Assembly: GCA_033763315.1 (NCBI GenBank)
Contig: JANRKS010000031.1
Span: forward strand, 1 to 64,000
DNA: 64,000 bases
Source: Deltaproteobacteria bacterium
GTDB taxonomy: Bacteria > Myxococcota_A > Polyangia > Fen-1088
Direction of reading: 5' to 3'
Positions 26,538 to 37,158 of the stretch are shown here, piece by piece; position 1 is the stretch's first letter; every line of letters starts with the position of its first letter. Made by a program: the position numbers and the translations under genes. The notes beneath the pieces were generated by a model that saw only the letters and a list, made by a program, of their open reading frames with translations, was not told the origin of the DNA and did no database searches.

Positions 26538-29318
26538 CTAGTGGTGCCAAGTGTTTTGCTGCGGGTTTGCAATATGAAACCTATAGGTCCCCGAGCTGGA
26601 TTGCAGTTTCACACGGCCATTGTCGTGGTTCACCACGCGCAGATGTGGCGTCGCCACAGTGACGCTGCGGCCGCTTTCTGTAATGGATTCTGGCGCGGGC
26701 GCCTCGATCTCGATTGTTGCTTGTGCGCCGGGTGGAATGACAACGCTTAGGTCAACTGAGCCGTCGCGGTTGTTCTGCCACCGTGAGCTCACCTCGCCGC
26801 GAACCGTGCGCACGCTGCCGGCAAGCCAGTTGATGCCGGCAACCACATTGGGCCGCACGCGCACGTGTTGCCAACCTGGCGAAGCGGGTTCAAGGCCCGC
26901 CAGGGTCCGATAGAAGAACGCGCTGATGTCGCCCTGATACACGTGGTTTCGCGATCCGCCACCTGACCAGTCTTCCCACAAAGTGGTGGCGCCCATCTTA
27001 AGCCAGGCGCCGAAGCTTGGTGGTGTGGGCTGGGTGATCACGCGCAATGCGAGCGAAGCCAATCCTTCGTCCGCAAGCACACGAATCAAAGTCTTTGCAC
27101 CGTTGACGCCCGTGTCCAAGTGATCGTCCTTGGCGTGGATGTCGGCTAACAGCAGTTTTTTCGCCTCCACGCGCTCTGGTGCTTCAAGCAGAGGCAAAGC
27201 CAGCGCTGTTGCCAGTGCCGCCTGCGTTCGGACCTGCAGGTTGCCTTCCACCACGAACCGCCGACGAAACGTTGATCGAATCGCTTGGGCTAAAAGCGCG
27301 AGTCGCTTTTCGTCCTCGACCTTCTCCAACACATGCGCCGCTTGGCGGGCAATATCGACGATCTGAAAATATGACGCCGTCGAAAGAAATGCCGCCGGTG
27401 TTTTCGTTTTGGCCGGCAACCAATCTGCGATGCCAAAGTCCAAAATGTGTTCACTCTGTGCACGACTCTTTAGGTATGCGAGTTGCCGCATCCATGTGTC
27501 CCAATGTGCTTCCAAGATCCGCGCGTCCCCCCCGTGTTCGTAGAGGCGCCAGGGCACAAGGTAAAGCGCGAGATCCCACGTGGGGCCGGAGATCTCATCC
27601 TCAAAACCAAAGGCTCCCGTGGGCGCGATTCCGGGAATGCGGCCGTCAGCGCGTTGAGCGTCGCGCACTTCGCGCAGCCAACTGAGATAAGCAGCCGCGT
27701 TGTGATAGTTGTACAGCCCCGCGTCTATCGCCAGGTGTGCGTCGCCGGTCCAGCCGTTCTTCTCGCGATGCGGGCAATCAGTTGGGATGCCCACAAAGTT
27801 GGAACGATAACTCCATTTGAAAAGTCTCTGCAGCGCAAGCAACGTTTGATCAGATGTAGAAAAGCTTCCGATGGTCTCGAAATCTGTGTGGACAACCTGC
27901 GCACGTAGTGTGTTTTTGCTGGGGCGCGAGGGGAGCCCCTGAACTTCTACGTAGCGAAAGCCGTGATACGTAAAACGCGGCTGCCAACGCTCTTCGCCAC
28001 GGCCTGAGGCAATGTAGATATCGCGTTGAAATGGTGGATCGGTGGGCGACGCGGGACCAATGTTGGTGTAGTCCAGCTTCCCGTCGGCGCCCAGCCGCTC
28101 GGCATGGCGCATTTCAATGTGGGTGCCGGCGGGGGCCCGGATCTGAAGCCGCGCCCAACCCGCAAGGTTCTGGCCGAAGTCAAACACGTAGACGCCAGGG
28201 CTTGGGTTTGTAATGGCTGTTGCGGTGAGGCTTTCGAATGCACGGATGGGTGGCGCCACTTGTGCGGTGAGAACGCCTTTAGGAGGCGAAAGGGCGCTGA
28301 CGGGCTCGCCGTTGTTTGCGCGTGTTGAGGGCGAGGCCCAATCAGCAACGAAGAGGCGCGCGTCGTAGGTTTCGCCAACGTCCTTGGTACCGTCGATTCT
28401 CCATGGCGAGGGCAACATCTCCCAGGCCTCATCACTTGCCACAGTGGTGTGAGAGCCGTCGACGAGCTCCATTTCTAGCTGCAATAGCAACTTAGGATGC
28501 GCCTTCCATGGCTTTTCACCAATGGTTTGGTAGCGGCCGTTGCCCAGGATCACGCCAAGCGCGTTGGCGCCTGGACGCAGTTGTTTCGTCACGTCATGGG
28601 CGACGTAAAGCACGCGCTTATCAGCGTTGGTGTACGTGGGATCAATGACCCGATCACCCACTTTGCGGCCGTTGAGGTAAAGCTCGTGCGTTCCAAATCC
28701 GGCCACGTAGACACGGGCGCGGCGGACGGCCTTTGCCAGGTTGAATCTGCGCACAAGCAAGGGGCTTGACTGCAGCTGTGGAACATCAATGTCAGCTGGC
28801 TGCCGTGAACGTTCACGCTCGTACCATGCGTCGGGGGCACCTATCCACGTGGCCTTCCAGTCGCCAGGTTCGCACAGTCCCATTTCGAACCGCGCGGGCG
28901 AGCTCCAGTCGCTCGGCTGGCCGCTTTCGTCCCACACCCTTACGCGCCAAAACACTTCTTGTCGTGACTTCAACGCAGGGCCACCATAAAGCGCGTGCAA
29001 GGGATCGTGCGTTTGCACGCGCCCTGTTGACCAGATCAACTTGCTGCCGCTGTCAAGATCCGCCGCGCGCGCTGCCGCTTGCACTTCATACGCAGAAGGC
29101 TGGGCACCACGACGTCGCGACCACACCGTCCAAGTGATCAACGGCGCTTTCACGTCGAGGCCAAGCGGATCGTTGAGCGTCTCTGCGCGAAGATCACGCA
29201 CCACCAGTTGATCCCCAACTGCGGCACGACAATCGCCGGCCCACAGGAGCAAGATGGAACCTGCCGACACGGCTACAAGGGTGAGTGTGAACCGTAGGGT
29301 CGCGCGCAAAGAGGGCAT
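26538..29318 (-). CDS. GH78 alpha-L-rhamnosidase, secreted
   Basis: DFGQNLAGW, FTYHGFRYVE, PTDCPHREKNGWTGD, GATTLWEDW, SRNH motifs; signal peptide from ATG 29318. Confidence 0.93.
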   Translation of the reverse strand: MPSLRATLRFTLTLVAVSAGSILLLWAGDCRAAVGDQLVVRDLRAETLNDPLGLDVKAPLITWTVWSRRRGAQPSAYEVQAAARAADLDSGSKLIWSTGRVQTHDPLHALYGGPALKSRQEVFWRVRVWDESGQPSDWSSPARFEMGLCEPGDWKATWIGAPDAWYERERSRQPADIDVPQLQSSPLLVRRFNLAKAVRRARVYVAGFGTHELYLNGRKVGDRVIDPTYTNADKRVLYVAHDVTKQLRPGANALGVILGNGRYQTIGEKPWKAHPKLLLQLEMELVDGSHTTVASDEAWEMLPSPWRIDGTKDVGETYDARLFVADWASPSTRANNGEPVSALSPPKGVLTAQVAPPIRAFESLTATAITNPSPGVYVFDFGQNLAGWARLQIRAPAGTHIEMRHAERLGADGKLDYTNIGPASPTDPPFQRDIYIASGRGEERWQPRFTYHGFRYVEVQGLPSRPSKNTLRAQVVHTDFETIGSFSTSDQTLLALQRLFKWSYRSNFVGIPTDCPHREKNGWTGDAHLAIDAGLYNYHNAAAYLSWLREVRDAQRADGRIPGIAPTGAFGFEDEISGPTWDLALYLVPWRLYEHGGDARILEAHWDTWMRQLAYLKSRAQSEHILDFGIADWLPAKTKTPAAFLSTASYFQIVDIARQAAHVLEKVEDEKRLALLAQAIRSTFRRRFVVEGNLQVRTQAALATALALPLLEAPERVEAKKLLLADIHAKDDHLDTGVNGAKTLIRVLADEGLASLALRVITQPTPPSFGAWLKMGATTLWEDWSGGGSRNHVYQGDISAFFYRTLAGLEPASPGWQHVRVRPNVVAGINWLAGSVRTVRGEVSSRWQNNRDGSVDLSVVIPPGAQATIEIEAPAPESITESGRSVTVATPHLRVVNHDNGRVKLQSSSGTYRFHIANPQQNTWHH

Positions 29319-29440
29319 CGCCTTCAAAGGTGTGACCAGCGCTCGTTTGTAGCAATCCTGGAATGGATATTCGCGCAAGACTTAGCCCAGCTGTCGAGCT
29401 CTGGGCTTGCGGGCGCTCGTTGAGCCTGCCGTCAATTTAC

Positions 29441-30271
29441 TTAGACAAACAGATCCGGCAGCAGCGGCGCCCCTGGATCCACCGCATAGGCGTCGAAGTT
29501 GGTGACGCCTTCTTCGCGCAGCACCGTTTCATCGATGAAGAAGTGGCCCGTGTTTGTGCGGCTTGGGCGCGTGAGGATGTGCCAGGCCGCATCGGCGACC
29601 ACATCAGGCGTGCGCGACCCGCGCACGGCCGCTTCGCCCCCCAGCAGGTTCCGCACGGCTGACGTGGCAATCATCGTTCGTGGCCACAGCGCATTGACGG
29701 CGATGCCATCGCTCTTGAACTCATCTGCGAAGCCCAACACGCACAAACTCATGCCGAACTTGCTTAACGAATAGGCGACGTGCGGCCCGAAGTGGCCGGG
29801 CTTCAGATCGAGCGGTGGACTCAACATCAACACGTGTGGGTTGGCAGCTTGTTTTAGATGAGGCAGGCAGGCCTGTGTGCAAGCGTACGTGCCGCGTGTG
29901 TTGATCGTGTGCATCAGATCGAAGCGTTTCATCGGCGTCGAAGGCGTGCGCGTCAGCGAAATCGCGCTGGCGTTGTTCACAAGGATGTCGATGCCACCAA
30001 ACGCGGTTACCCCTTTGGCCACAGCCGCCTCGACTTCTGCTTCGTTGCGGATGTCGGTGGCCACCGGCAGGGCTTTACCGCCAGCGGCCTCAACCTCGGC
30101 CGCGGCCGTGTAGATGGTGCCAGGCAACTTGGGGTGGGGTTCTGTTGTTTTGGCGGCGATCACGATGTTGGCGCCGTTGCGAGCGGCCCGCAGCGCGATG
30201 GCCAGGCCTATGCCTCGGCTGGCGCCCGTGATGAACAACGTCTTCCCCTGCAACGACCTTGGCTGCGTCAT
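29441..30271 (-). CDS. Short-chain dehydrogenase/reductase, HSDL2-like
   Basis: TGASRGIG, AAKTTEPHPKLPGTI, NNASA, YSLSK, NALWPRT. Confidence 0.93.
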   Translation of the reverse strand: MTQPRSLQGKTLFITGASRGIGLAIALRAARNGANIVIAAKTTEPHPKLPGTIYTAAAEVEAAGGKALPVATDIRNEAEVEAAVAKGVTAFGGIDILVNNASAISLTRTPSTPMKRFDLMHTINTRGTYACTQACLPHLKQAANPHVLMLSPPLDLKPGHFGPHVAYSLSKFGMSLCVLGFADEFKSDGIAVNALWPRTMIATSAVRNLLGGEAAVRGSRTPDVVADAAWHILTRPSRTNTGHFFIDETVLREEGVTNFDAYAVDPGAPLLPDLFV

Positions 30272-30309
30272 GTTGCCAGTTTCGCACGGAACAGTTACAG
30301 GCGGGAGCC

Positions 30310-30363
30310 TTGACGAGTGAACCAGCGCCCACTAAGTTGAACCGAAATTCACAGAAGTGAACC
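30310..30363 (+). promoter_or_regulatory. Sigma70 promoter (TTGACG-N17-TAAGTT) overlapped by three TGAACC operator-like sites
   Basis: AGTGAACC..GCCCACT within the spacer, TGAA-N6-TTCA at 30338-30351, GTGAACC at 30357; upstream of TetR gene. Confidence 0.65.
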
Positions 30364-31049
30364 TCATGACCCCGGTTCCCGGCAAGCGCAAGAAGGATCC
30401 CCTCGTGGCGGCGAAAGCGCCCAAGGGATCCCTGCGGCCGAAGGTGGCTTTGCGCCAAGAGGTGGCCGAGGTTTACCGGCGCGCCATCTTCGATGCCGCC
30501 GAGCGGGTTTTCGGTGCACACGGATTTGCAGAAGCGAAAATGACCCAGATTGCCGAGGGCGCGGGCCTGGCGGCGGGCTCGCTTTATAACTATTTCACCA
30601 ATAAAGAAGAGATCTTCCGCGCTTTGGTGGAACACCGCAGCGGCGGCTTTCTGCAGGCGCTCAACGAAACCGCCCTGGGGGACGACAATCTCGAACACGC
30701 TTTGGTGGCGCTGGTGCGCAGCACCTTCCGCGAGCTCGATGCGCACGGTGCGTTTTTTGCCACCCTCATGCAAGGGGGCGCCATGGGAGCCAACGCGCAC
30801 AAGGCGTGCGGGCCCATGTTTGAGCGGAACCACCAGCGCTTCTTAAGCGCCTTCGAAAGCGTGTTTCGGCGCGCCGCCAGCAAAGGGCAACTGGCGCCCG
30901 GGTACACGCCTGAAGAATTGTCGGCGGTGCTGGCGGGCGCGACCCACGGCGTGGCAATCGCTTGGCTTCAAAGTGGACGACGAACGAAGATTGAAGAACG
31001 CGCTGAACAAGTGGTGCGTTTGTTTTTAAACGGAGCAATGAAGAGATGA
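30357..31049 (+). CDS. TetR/AcrR family regulator
   Basis: IFDAAERVF..HGF...IAEGAGLAAGSLYNYFTNKEEIF helix-turn-helix. Confidence 0.95.
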   Translation: MNLMTPVPGKRKKDPLVAAKAPKGSLRPKVALRQEVAEVYRRAIFDAAERVFGAHGFAEAKMTQIAEGAGLAAGSLYNYFTNKEEIFRALVEHRSGGFLQALNETALGDDNLEHALVALVRSTFRELDAHGAFFATLMQGGAMGANAHKACGPMFERNHQRFLSAFESVFRRAASKGQLAPGYTPEELSAVLAGATHGVAIAWLQSGRRTKIEERAEQVVRLFLNGAMKR

Positions 31050-32410
31050 AACGATCTGGGTTCCCGATTGCGGTTGGCCTTGCCGTGTTGGCCACGGTTG
31101 CCGTGCCTGTGCTTGAACGGGTGGCCTTGGCAGCAGACACAACGCCGCCGCAGGCTATGTCGTTCAGTGAGGTGATCGCCACGGCTGTGCAAGCGTCACC
31201 CCAAGCCAAGGTTTCGTATTACGGTGAACAGGCGGCACAAAGCCGCACCAGCGCGGCCAAGGCGCAGCGCTATCCGAAGCTCAGCGTGAACGCCAACCTG
31301 TTGCGCTGGAACGACAAAATTGAAGTGGCCCTGGGTCCCCCCACGCCAGGCATGCCCACGCCCAAGCTGTTGGCGCGCGACATCGTCACATCAACGGTGG
31401 GGGTCACGCTGGCGCAGCCGCTGACCGGCTTGATCGCTTTGTCACGCTTGGTGGGTATCGAGGAATCGGCTGCGGGTGGGGCGCGCCAGGAAGCCGCACA
31501 AGCGCGCCTTGACGCCGCTCAACGCGCGGCTGAGGCATACCTGCGGCTCTTGCAAGCCAAGGCGTTGGCCAATGTCGCGGCGCAAAGCTTGACCCAGGTG
31601 GAAGCGCAGTTGAAAACCGCGCAAACGTTTGAGCAAGCGGGGGCGCTCAGCAAAGTGGACGTTCTGCGGCTGCAGTCAGCGCGCGAAACGGCCCGCCAGA
31701 ATTTGCTTCGCGCCCAGATGAATGTGTCAATCGCTCAATCGGGTTTGGGCCTGGCTTTGAATTTACCCATGGGAACGCCCGTGGATGCCACCGACGATTT
31801 GCCTGAAAAGCCCGCGGCCGCCGTCATCGAGGAAAACACGGCGGTGAACCAAGCTTTGGAGAAGCGACCTGAGGTGGCTTTGGCGGCCACGCGTGAGGTG
31901 CTCGCGCAAGGCAACAAAGCGATTGCACGCGCTTCGTTGCTACCGAACCTCTTGGCCGTGGGCAACTACACCCACCTTGAGGGCCAAGGACCGTTTCAAC
32001 CGAAAAACGCCTGGTACGTGGGGCTCACGTTGAATTGGGACGTGTGGGACTGGGGGAAGAATGTGAATGACATTCGCGCGGCCGAAGCGGGCCGTCAGCA
32101 AGCTTTGATTGGAAAAACAGTGATTCGCGATCAGATTGCTGTGGAGGTGCGCCGGCGGGTGCTTGAAACCAAAACGGCGTATGAAACGCTGGACGTGGCG
32201 CAGTTGGCGCTTGGTGCGGCTGAAGAGGCCAACCGCATTCAAAGCGTCCGCTTCAAAGAAGGCGCAGCCACAACCACCGACGTGATCGATGCTGAATCCG
32301 AGGTGTCGCGCGCCCGCAATGGCTATGCGCAAGCTCGTTATGATTACTATCTGGCGCAAGCGTCATTGGCGCGCGCGATCGGGCAGATGCCAGGATCGGG
32401 AGGGCAGTGA
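31046..32410 (+). CDS. TolC family outer-membrane efflux protein
   Basis: Signal peptide, YPKLSV, RPEV, VGLTLNWDVWDWG, G..T.TDVIDAE; operon context. Confidence 0.92.
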   Translation: MKRSGFPIAVGLAVLATVAVPVLERVALAADTTPPQAMSFSEVIATAVQASPQAKVSYYGEQAAQSRTSAAKAQRYPKLSVNANLLRWNDKIEVALGPPTPGMPTPKLLARDIVTSTVGVTLAQPLTGLIALSRLVGIEESAAGGARQEAAQARLDAAQRAAEAYLRLLQAKALANVAAQSLTQVEAQLKTAQTFEQAGALSKVDVLRLQSARETARQNLLRAQMNVSIAQSGLGLALNLPMGTPVDATDDLPEKPAAAVIEENTAVNQALEKRPEVALAATREVLAQGNKAIARASLLPNLLAVGNYTHLEGQGPFQPKNAWYVGLTLNWDVWDWGKNVNDIRAAEAGRQQALIGKTVIRDQIAVEVRRRVLETKTAYETLDVAQLALGAAEEANRIQSVRFKEGAATTTDVIDAESEVSRARNGYAQARYDYYLAQASLARAIGQMPGSGGQ

Positions 32411-33306
32411 TGAAACTCGTGCGCTTTGCCTTGCCGCTGTTGTTTTGTGGGTTGGTGGCTTGCAAGCCGCATGGCAGCGAGGCGAAGTTGCCACCCGCGG
32501 CAGGGCAGGGCGCGCCAGCGATGCCGGACTTGCCCACGATTGACAAGCCTGCCGCCGATGCAACCGAGGTCACGGCAAGCGAAGGCCGCACCACCGGCAC
32601 GTTGATGCCGCAGAACCAGGCCCAGGTGGGCCCTTCGGTCAGTGGTGTGCTGCAAGCGGTGTTGGTGGATGAAGGCCAGCGCGTAAAAAAGGGCGCCGTG
32701 TTGTTCAAGCAAGACGCGCGCGATGCGGTGTTGCGCGTGCAGCAGGCGCAGGCCGCGTTGGCAGCGGCCAAGGTTGGGTTGTCGTCGAGTGAAACAGATT
32801 ACAAACGCACCAAGGCCTTGTTCGATCAAGGGGCATCCAACCAGATGCAATTGGATCAGATGCAAGCGCGCTTGGACGGCGCAAGGGTGGGTGTGCAGCA
32901 AGCCCAAGTAGCTGTGGATATGGCTCAGAAGATGCTGGCCGACACCACAGTGCGAACTCCGATCGACGGGGTGATCACGGGTGTATTCAAAAGCGATGGC
33001 GAGATGGTGACCACGATGCCGCCCACGGTGGTGGTGCAGGTGGAAGATCAGGCCAAGATGGAGCTGCACTTTCGTTTACCAGAGACGGCGATGAGCCAGG
33101 TAAAGCTGGGCGACACAATCACAGCCGCGTTTGGCGCTGTGGGCATCACGCGCCAAGCGAAAGTCATTCGAAATAAGCCGGCGGTGGATCCCGTGAGCCG
33201 CACGGTGGAGTATGTGGCTATTTTTGATAACGCCGACGGCGCTTTGAAATCAGGCCTGTTGGCCGAAGTCCAGTTCGGTCAGGCGCCGGCCGCGAAGAAT
33301 CCTTAG
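32410..33306 (+). CDS. RND efflux periplasmic adaptor (MFP) lipoprotein
   Basis: LVAC lipobox; VSGVL.AVLVDEGQRVKKG, VRTPIDGVI, PAVDPVSRT. Confidence 0.93.
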   Translation: MKLVRFALPLLFCGLVACKPHGSEAKLPPAAGQGAPAMPDLPTIDKPAADATEVTASEGRTTGTLMPQNQAQVGPSVSGVLQAVLVDEGQRVKKGAVLFKQDARDAVLRVQQAQAALAAAKVGLSSSETDYKRTKALFDQGASNQMQLDQMQARLDGARVGVQQAQVAVDMAQKMLADTTVRTPIDGVITGVFKSDGEMVTTMPPTVVVQVEDQAKMELHFRLPETAMSQVKLGDTITAAFGAVGITRQAKVIRNKPAVDPVSRTVEYVAIFDNADGALKSGLLAEVQFGQAPAAKNP

Positions 33307-33330
33307 GTCGTTCCCGCCAGGAGCTCCGTC

Positions 33331-36300
33331 ATGAAAATCGCTGACATATCAATAAGGCGGCCTGTGTTCGCGGTGATGATGATCGCCGCGCTGACCGTGT
33401 TTGGCATCGTCAGTTACCCGCGCATCGGCGTGGATCTGTTTCCCAACGTCGAATTCCCGTTTGCCACGGTTACCGTGGTGTATCCGGGGGCGGATCCGGC
33501 GTCGATGGAAACCAAGGTTGCGGATCCCCTGGAAGAGGCCTTGAACACGCTCAGCGGCATCAAGGTGCTGCGATCGACCAGTTTGGAGAGCGTGACGCAA
33601 ATCATGCTGCAGTTCGAGCTGGAGGTGAAGATCGATACGGCAATTCAAGACGTGCGCGATCGTGTGTCCGCGGCTTTGACCAAGCTGCCGCAAGGAATTG
33701 ATCCACCTGTGGTGCAAAAGTTCGACGTCGGCGCGGCGCCCGTTTTGTCGGTGGCACTGTCGGGCGCCCTGGCCGCGCGCGATCTTACAAAGTTGGCTGA
33801 CGACGTTGTGAAGGAGCGCGTGCAGCGTATCCCCGGCGTGGGCTCGGTGGATCTTGTGGGCGGGCGCGATCGGGAGATTCACGTGTTGGTGGATCCAGCA
33901 CGCCTGTCGGGCATGGGCCTCACAGTTCAGGACGTATCGGGCGCGTTGCAGGCGCAAAACCTGGAGTTACCCGCGGGCCGCATTCAAATCGGCCAGCGCG
34001 AGTTCGCCGTAAAAACAAAAGGTGAAGTGCGGTCTGTGCAGGAGATCGCCGACATTCTCATCTCAGGCCGCGGGGGCGCGCGCATTCGCATCGGTGACGT
34101 GGCCAAGGTGGAAGATGGAACGGCCGAAGCGCGCTCGCATTCATCGATGGATGGCGTGTCGGCCGTGGCTTTGGTGGTCCGCAAACAGTCGGGGTCAAAC
34201 ACGGTGGCCGTGGCGCACGCGGTGAAAAAGGAGCTCGAGCTGTTGCGGCCGCAGATCGAAAAAGCGGGGGCGCGGCTGTCGGTGCCGACCGACAACGCCC
34301 CGTTTATCGAACACTCGATTGAAGACGTGCGCTTCGATTTGGTATTCGGCGCGTTGCTGGCCGTGCTGGTGATTTTGGTTTTCTTGCATGACTTCCGCGC
34401 GACGCTCATCAGCGCGATGGCCATTCCCACTTCCGTGGTGGCAACCTTCGCCTTCGTGCAAGTGATGGGCTTTACGTTCAACAACATGACGATGTTGGCG
34501 CTGTCGCTGTCCATCGGCATCTTGGTTGATGACGCGATCGTGGTAATCGAAAACATCCACCGGCACTTGGAGATGGGAAAGCCCCCCATGCAGGCGGCTT
34601 CCGATGCCACCAAGGAAATTGGATTGGCCGTTTTAGCCACGACGATGTCCATCGTGGCTGTGTTCGTGCCCGTGGCCATCATGAAGGGCATCATTGGCCG
34701 CTTCTTCTTTCAGTTCGGCTTGACCGTAAGCTTCGCCGTGTTGGTGTCGCTGTTCGTGTCGTTCACATTGACGCCGATGATGTCGTCGCGCTTGCTCCGC
34801 AAAGCCGAACACACGGCGCCGGGTTTTTTTGTGCGCCAGCTTGAAAAGGTCTTAGGCACCGTGGATGGGCTTTACCGCCGCTTGTTGGCAGGGGCCATCC
34901 GCCACAAAGTGCTCACGCTGTTCGCGGCGTTTCTGTCTTTGGTCGGGTCGGTGGTGCTGGTGTCGCGCGTAAAGTCAGAATTCCTGCCGCCCGAAGACCG
35001 CGCGCAATACATGGTTTCGGTGGAGCTGCCCGTGGGCACGGGGCTTGAGACGACCAGCAAGTTCGTGGAAAAGGTGGCCGAAGATTTGCGCAAGAACGGG
35101 CCAGGTGTCACCGCCACGTTCGTCACGATTGGTGGCGGCGCGCAGGGGCAGGTGCATCTGGGGCAAATTCAAGCGCTGTTGGTGCCGCGCACGCAGCGGC
35201 CGTTTAGCCAAGAGCAAGCGATGGGCTGGGTGCGCGAGCGATACGCGAAAACGAAAGACGCGTTGATCACGGTGAACCCGATCAGCCCGCTGGGCAACGA
35301 CAATGGCTTTAAGCAACAGCCCATCCAGTTCAACATCCGTGGCAAAGATATGGCGGAGCTTGAGAAAGCCTCGGCCGCGCTGATCGGCGAGCTGAAGAAG
35401 GTCAACGGCCTTGTGGATTTGGACACAAGCTACCGCGGTGGCAAGCCCGAGTTGGCAATCAACATCGATCGTGATCGCGCGGCCGAGTTGGGTGTGCCGG
35501 TGGCTGCGATCGCCAGCACGCTGCGTGCGCTTGTGGCGGGCGACAAGGTCACGGAACTCAAAGAGGGCCTGGATCTGTACGACGTGACGGTGCAGTTGCC
35601 CGAAGGCGCCAAGCGCGGCCTCGCAGCGATGAACAACTTGGTTGTGCGTTCGTCCACGGGCGGCTTGGTGCCACTTTCCAACGTGGTGCAGGTGCAGCCC
35701 GGGGAAGGCCCCAGCCAAATTGATCGGCAAGCCCGCCAGCGCCAGGTCACTGTGTTTGCCGGCTTGCAGGGCATGCCGTTAGGTGACGCGATCAAGGAAG
35801 TAAACGCGGCGGCGATCAAAGCGGTGCCCGGCCACCTGACCACCGACTACGCCGGCATGGGCGAAATGATGGGCGAATCCTTTGGCTACATGTTGGTGGC
35901 GTTGGGCCTCGCGATCATCTTGGTCTACATGATCTTGGCCGCGCAGTTCGATAGCCTGGTGCATCCCTTCACGATCATGCTTTCACTGCCGCTTTCGGTG
36001 GTGGGCGCGTTTGGTGGCTTATTCCTTTCGGGTATGACGCTCAACATTTTCTCCATGATTGGTTTCATCATGTTGATGGGCCTCGTGACCAAGAACGCGA
36101 TCTTGATGGTTGATTTCACCAACACGCTGCGCGCCGAAGGCAAGTCCGCGGTGCAAGCGTTGATGGAAGCCGGACCCATCCGGTTGCGCCCCATTTTGAT
36201 GACCACCTTCGCAATGATCTTCGGCATGATTCCGGTGGCGTTGGCCTTGGGCGAAGGTGGCGAGACGCGGGCACCGATGGCTGTGGCGGTGATTGGTGGC

Positions 36301-36447
36301 CTCATCACTTCCACCATGTTGACGTTGGTGGTGGTGCCGGTGGTGTATTTGCTGATGGACCGCATCACCTCAAGCCGCGCGTTGCAGTGGCTGGGCCGCA
36401 AGGTTTCAGGCACGCGCGCGCCCGCGGCCGCCGAGCAAGCGACGTAA
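33331..36447 (+). CDS. RND efflux transporter permease, AcrB/AcrD/AcrF family
   Basis: [44 protein letters not shown]; 1038 aa. Confidence 0.96.
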   Translation: MKIADISIRRPVFAVMMIAALTVFGIVSYPRIGVDLFPNVEFPFATVTVVYPGADPASMETKVADPLEEALNTLSGIKVLRSTSLESVTQIMLQFELEVKIDTAIQDVRDRVSAALTKLPQGIDPPVVQKFDVGAAPVLSVALSGALAARDLTKLADDVVKERVQRIPGVGSVDLVGGRDREIHVLVDPARLSGMGLTVQDVSGALQAQNLELPAGRIQIGQREFAVKTKGEVRSVQEIADILISGRGGARIRIGDVAKVEDGTAEARSHSSMDGVSAVALVVRKQSGSNTVAVAHAVKKELELLRPQIEKAGARLSVPTDNAPFIEHSIEDVRFDLVFGALLAVLVILVFLHDFRATLISAMAIPTSVVATFAFVQVMGFTFNNMTMLALSLSIGILVDDAIVVIENIHRHLEMGKPPMQAASDATKEIGLAVLATTMSIVAVFVPVAIMKGIIGRFFFQFGLTVSFAVLVSLFVSFTLTPMMSSRLLRKAEHTAPGFFVRQLEKVLGTVDGLYRRLLAGAIRHKVLTLFAAFLSLVGSVVLVSRVKSEFLPPEDRAQYMVSVELPVGTGLETTSKFVEKVAEDLRKNGPGVTATFVTIGGGAQGQVHLGQIQALLVPRTQRPFSQEQAMGWVRERYAKTKDALITVNPISPLGNDNGFKQQPIQFNIRGKDMAELEKASAALIGELKKVNGLVDLDTSYRGGKPELAINIDRDRAAELGVPVAAIASTLRALVAGDKVTELKEGLDLYDVTVQLPEGAKRGLAAMNNLVVRSSTGGLVPLSNVVQVQPGEGPSQIDRQARQRQVTVFAGLQGMPLGDAIKEVNAAAIKAVPGHLTTDYAGMGEMMGESFGYMLVALGLAIILVYMILAAQFDSLVHPFTIMLSLPLSVVGAFGGLFLSGMTLNIFSMIGFIMLMGLVTKNAILMVDFTNTLRAEGKSAVQALMEAGPIRLRPILMTTFAMIFGMIPVALALGEGGETRAPMAVAVIGGLITSTMLTLVVVPVVYLLMDRITSSRALQWLGRKVSGTRAPAAAEQAT

Positions 36448-36453
36448 GCATTC

Positions 36454-37158
36454 GTGGCTTCACGTACCATCATTCACGGCGACGCGATGGCGTGGCTGCA
36501 AAATCCGGCCCACCGGATCGCCGGCGCCAGCGTGATCACGTCGCTGCCGGACATCTCTGAAGTGCCCGAACGCGGCTTTGACGGCTGGAAGAGCTTCTTC
36601 GGTGAAGCCGCGCGCCTGGTGCAAGCGTGGGTGCCGGATGACGGCGTGGCCATTTTCTTTCAAAGCGACATCAAGCACGACGGCCGATGGATCGATAAGG
36701 GCTACTGGGTGCAGCGGGCGTTGGAGGATGTGGGCACGCATCTTTTGTGGCACAAGGTTGTGTGCCGACGGCCTGCGGGCACGGTGACGTACGGTCGGGC
36801 GAGTTACTCGCACATGTTGTGCTTCTCGCGGGGTGTGCGGCCGGCTGCAGATCGGGCGTTTGCCGATGTGATGCCAGACGCGGGCCACATGACGTGGACC
36901 CGAGGCATGGGGGCCAACGCGTGTTTGGCCGCGTGCCAGTTTGTGGCGGAGCAAACCGCGAGCCGTGTGGTTGTGGATCCGTTTTGTGGCTATGGCACGG
37001 CACTGGCCGTCGCCAACGCGCTGGGGTTGGATGCCGTGGGCGTGGAGCTGAGCGCACGCAAATGCCGCAAGGCGCGCTCGCTTTCCTTTGCGCTGGATGC
37101 CAAGGGAGCCTTGGCACCTGTGATTTCCACAGCTACGTTTGCTCCCCCAGGTTTATGA
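36454..37158 (+). CDS. SAM-dependent methyltransferase with beta-class amino-methyltransferase motif order
   Basis: IIHGDA, ITSLPD at the motif IV position, C-terminal VVDPFCGYGT...GVEL. Confidence 0.8.
   Translation: MASRTIIHGDAMAWLQNPAHRIAGASVITSLPDISEVPERGFDGWKSFFGEAARLVQAWVPDDGVAIFFQSDIKHDGRWIDKGYWVQRALEDVGTHLLWHKVVCRRPAGTVTYGRASYSHMLCFSRGVRPAADRAFADVMPDAGHMTWTRGMGANACLAACQFVAEQTASRVVVDPFCGYGTALAVANALGLDAVGVELSARKCRKARSLSFALDAKGALAPVISTATFAPPGL

Noticed and set aside
36747-37154. Cys/Gly-rich N-terminus of the 528-aa DTW ORF
   Set aside because: Shadow frame of the methyltransferase gene.
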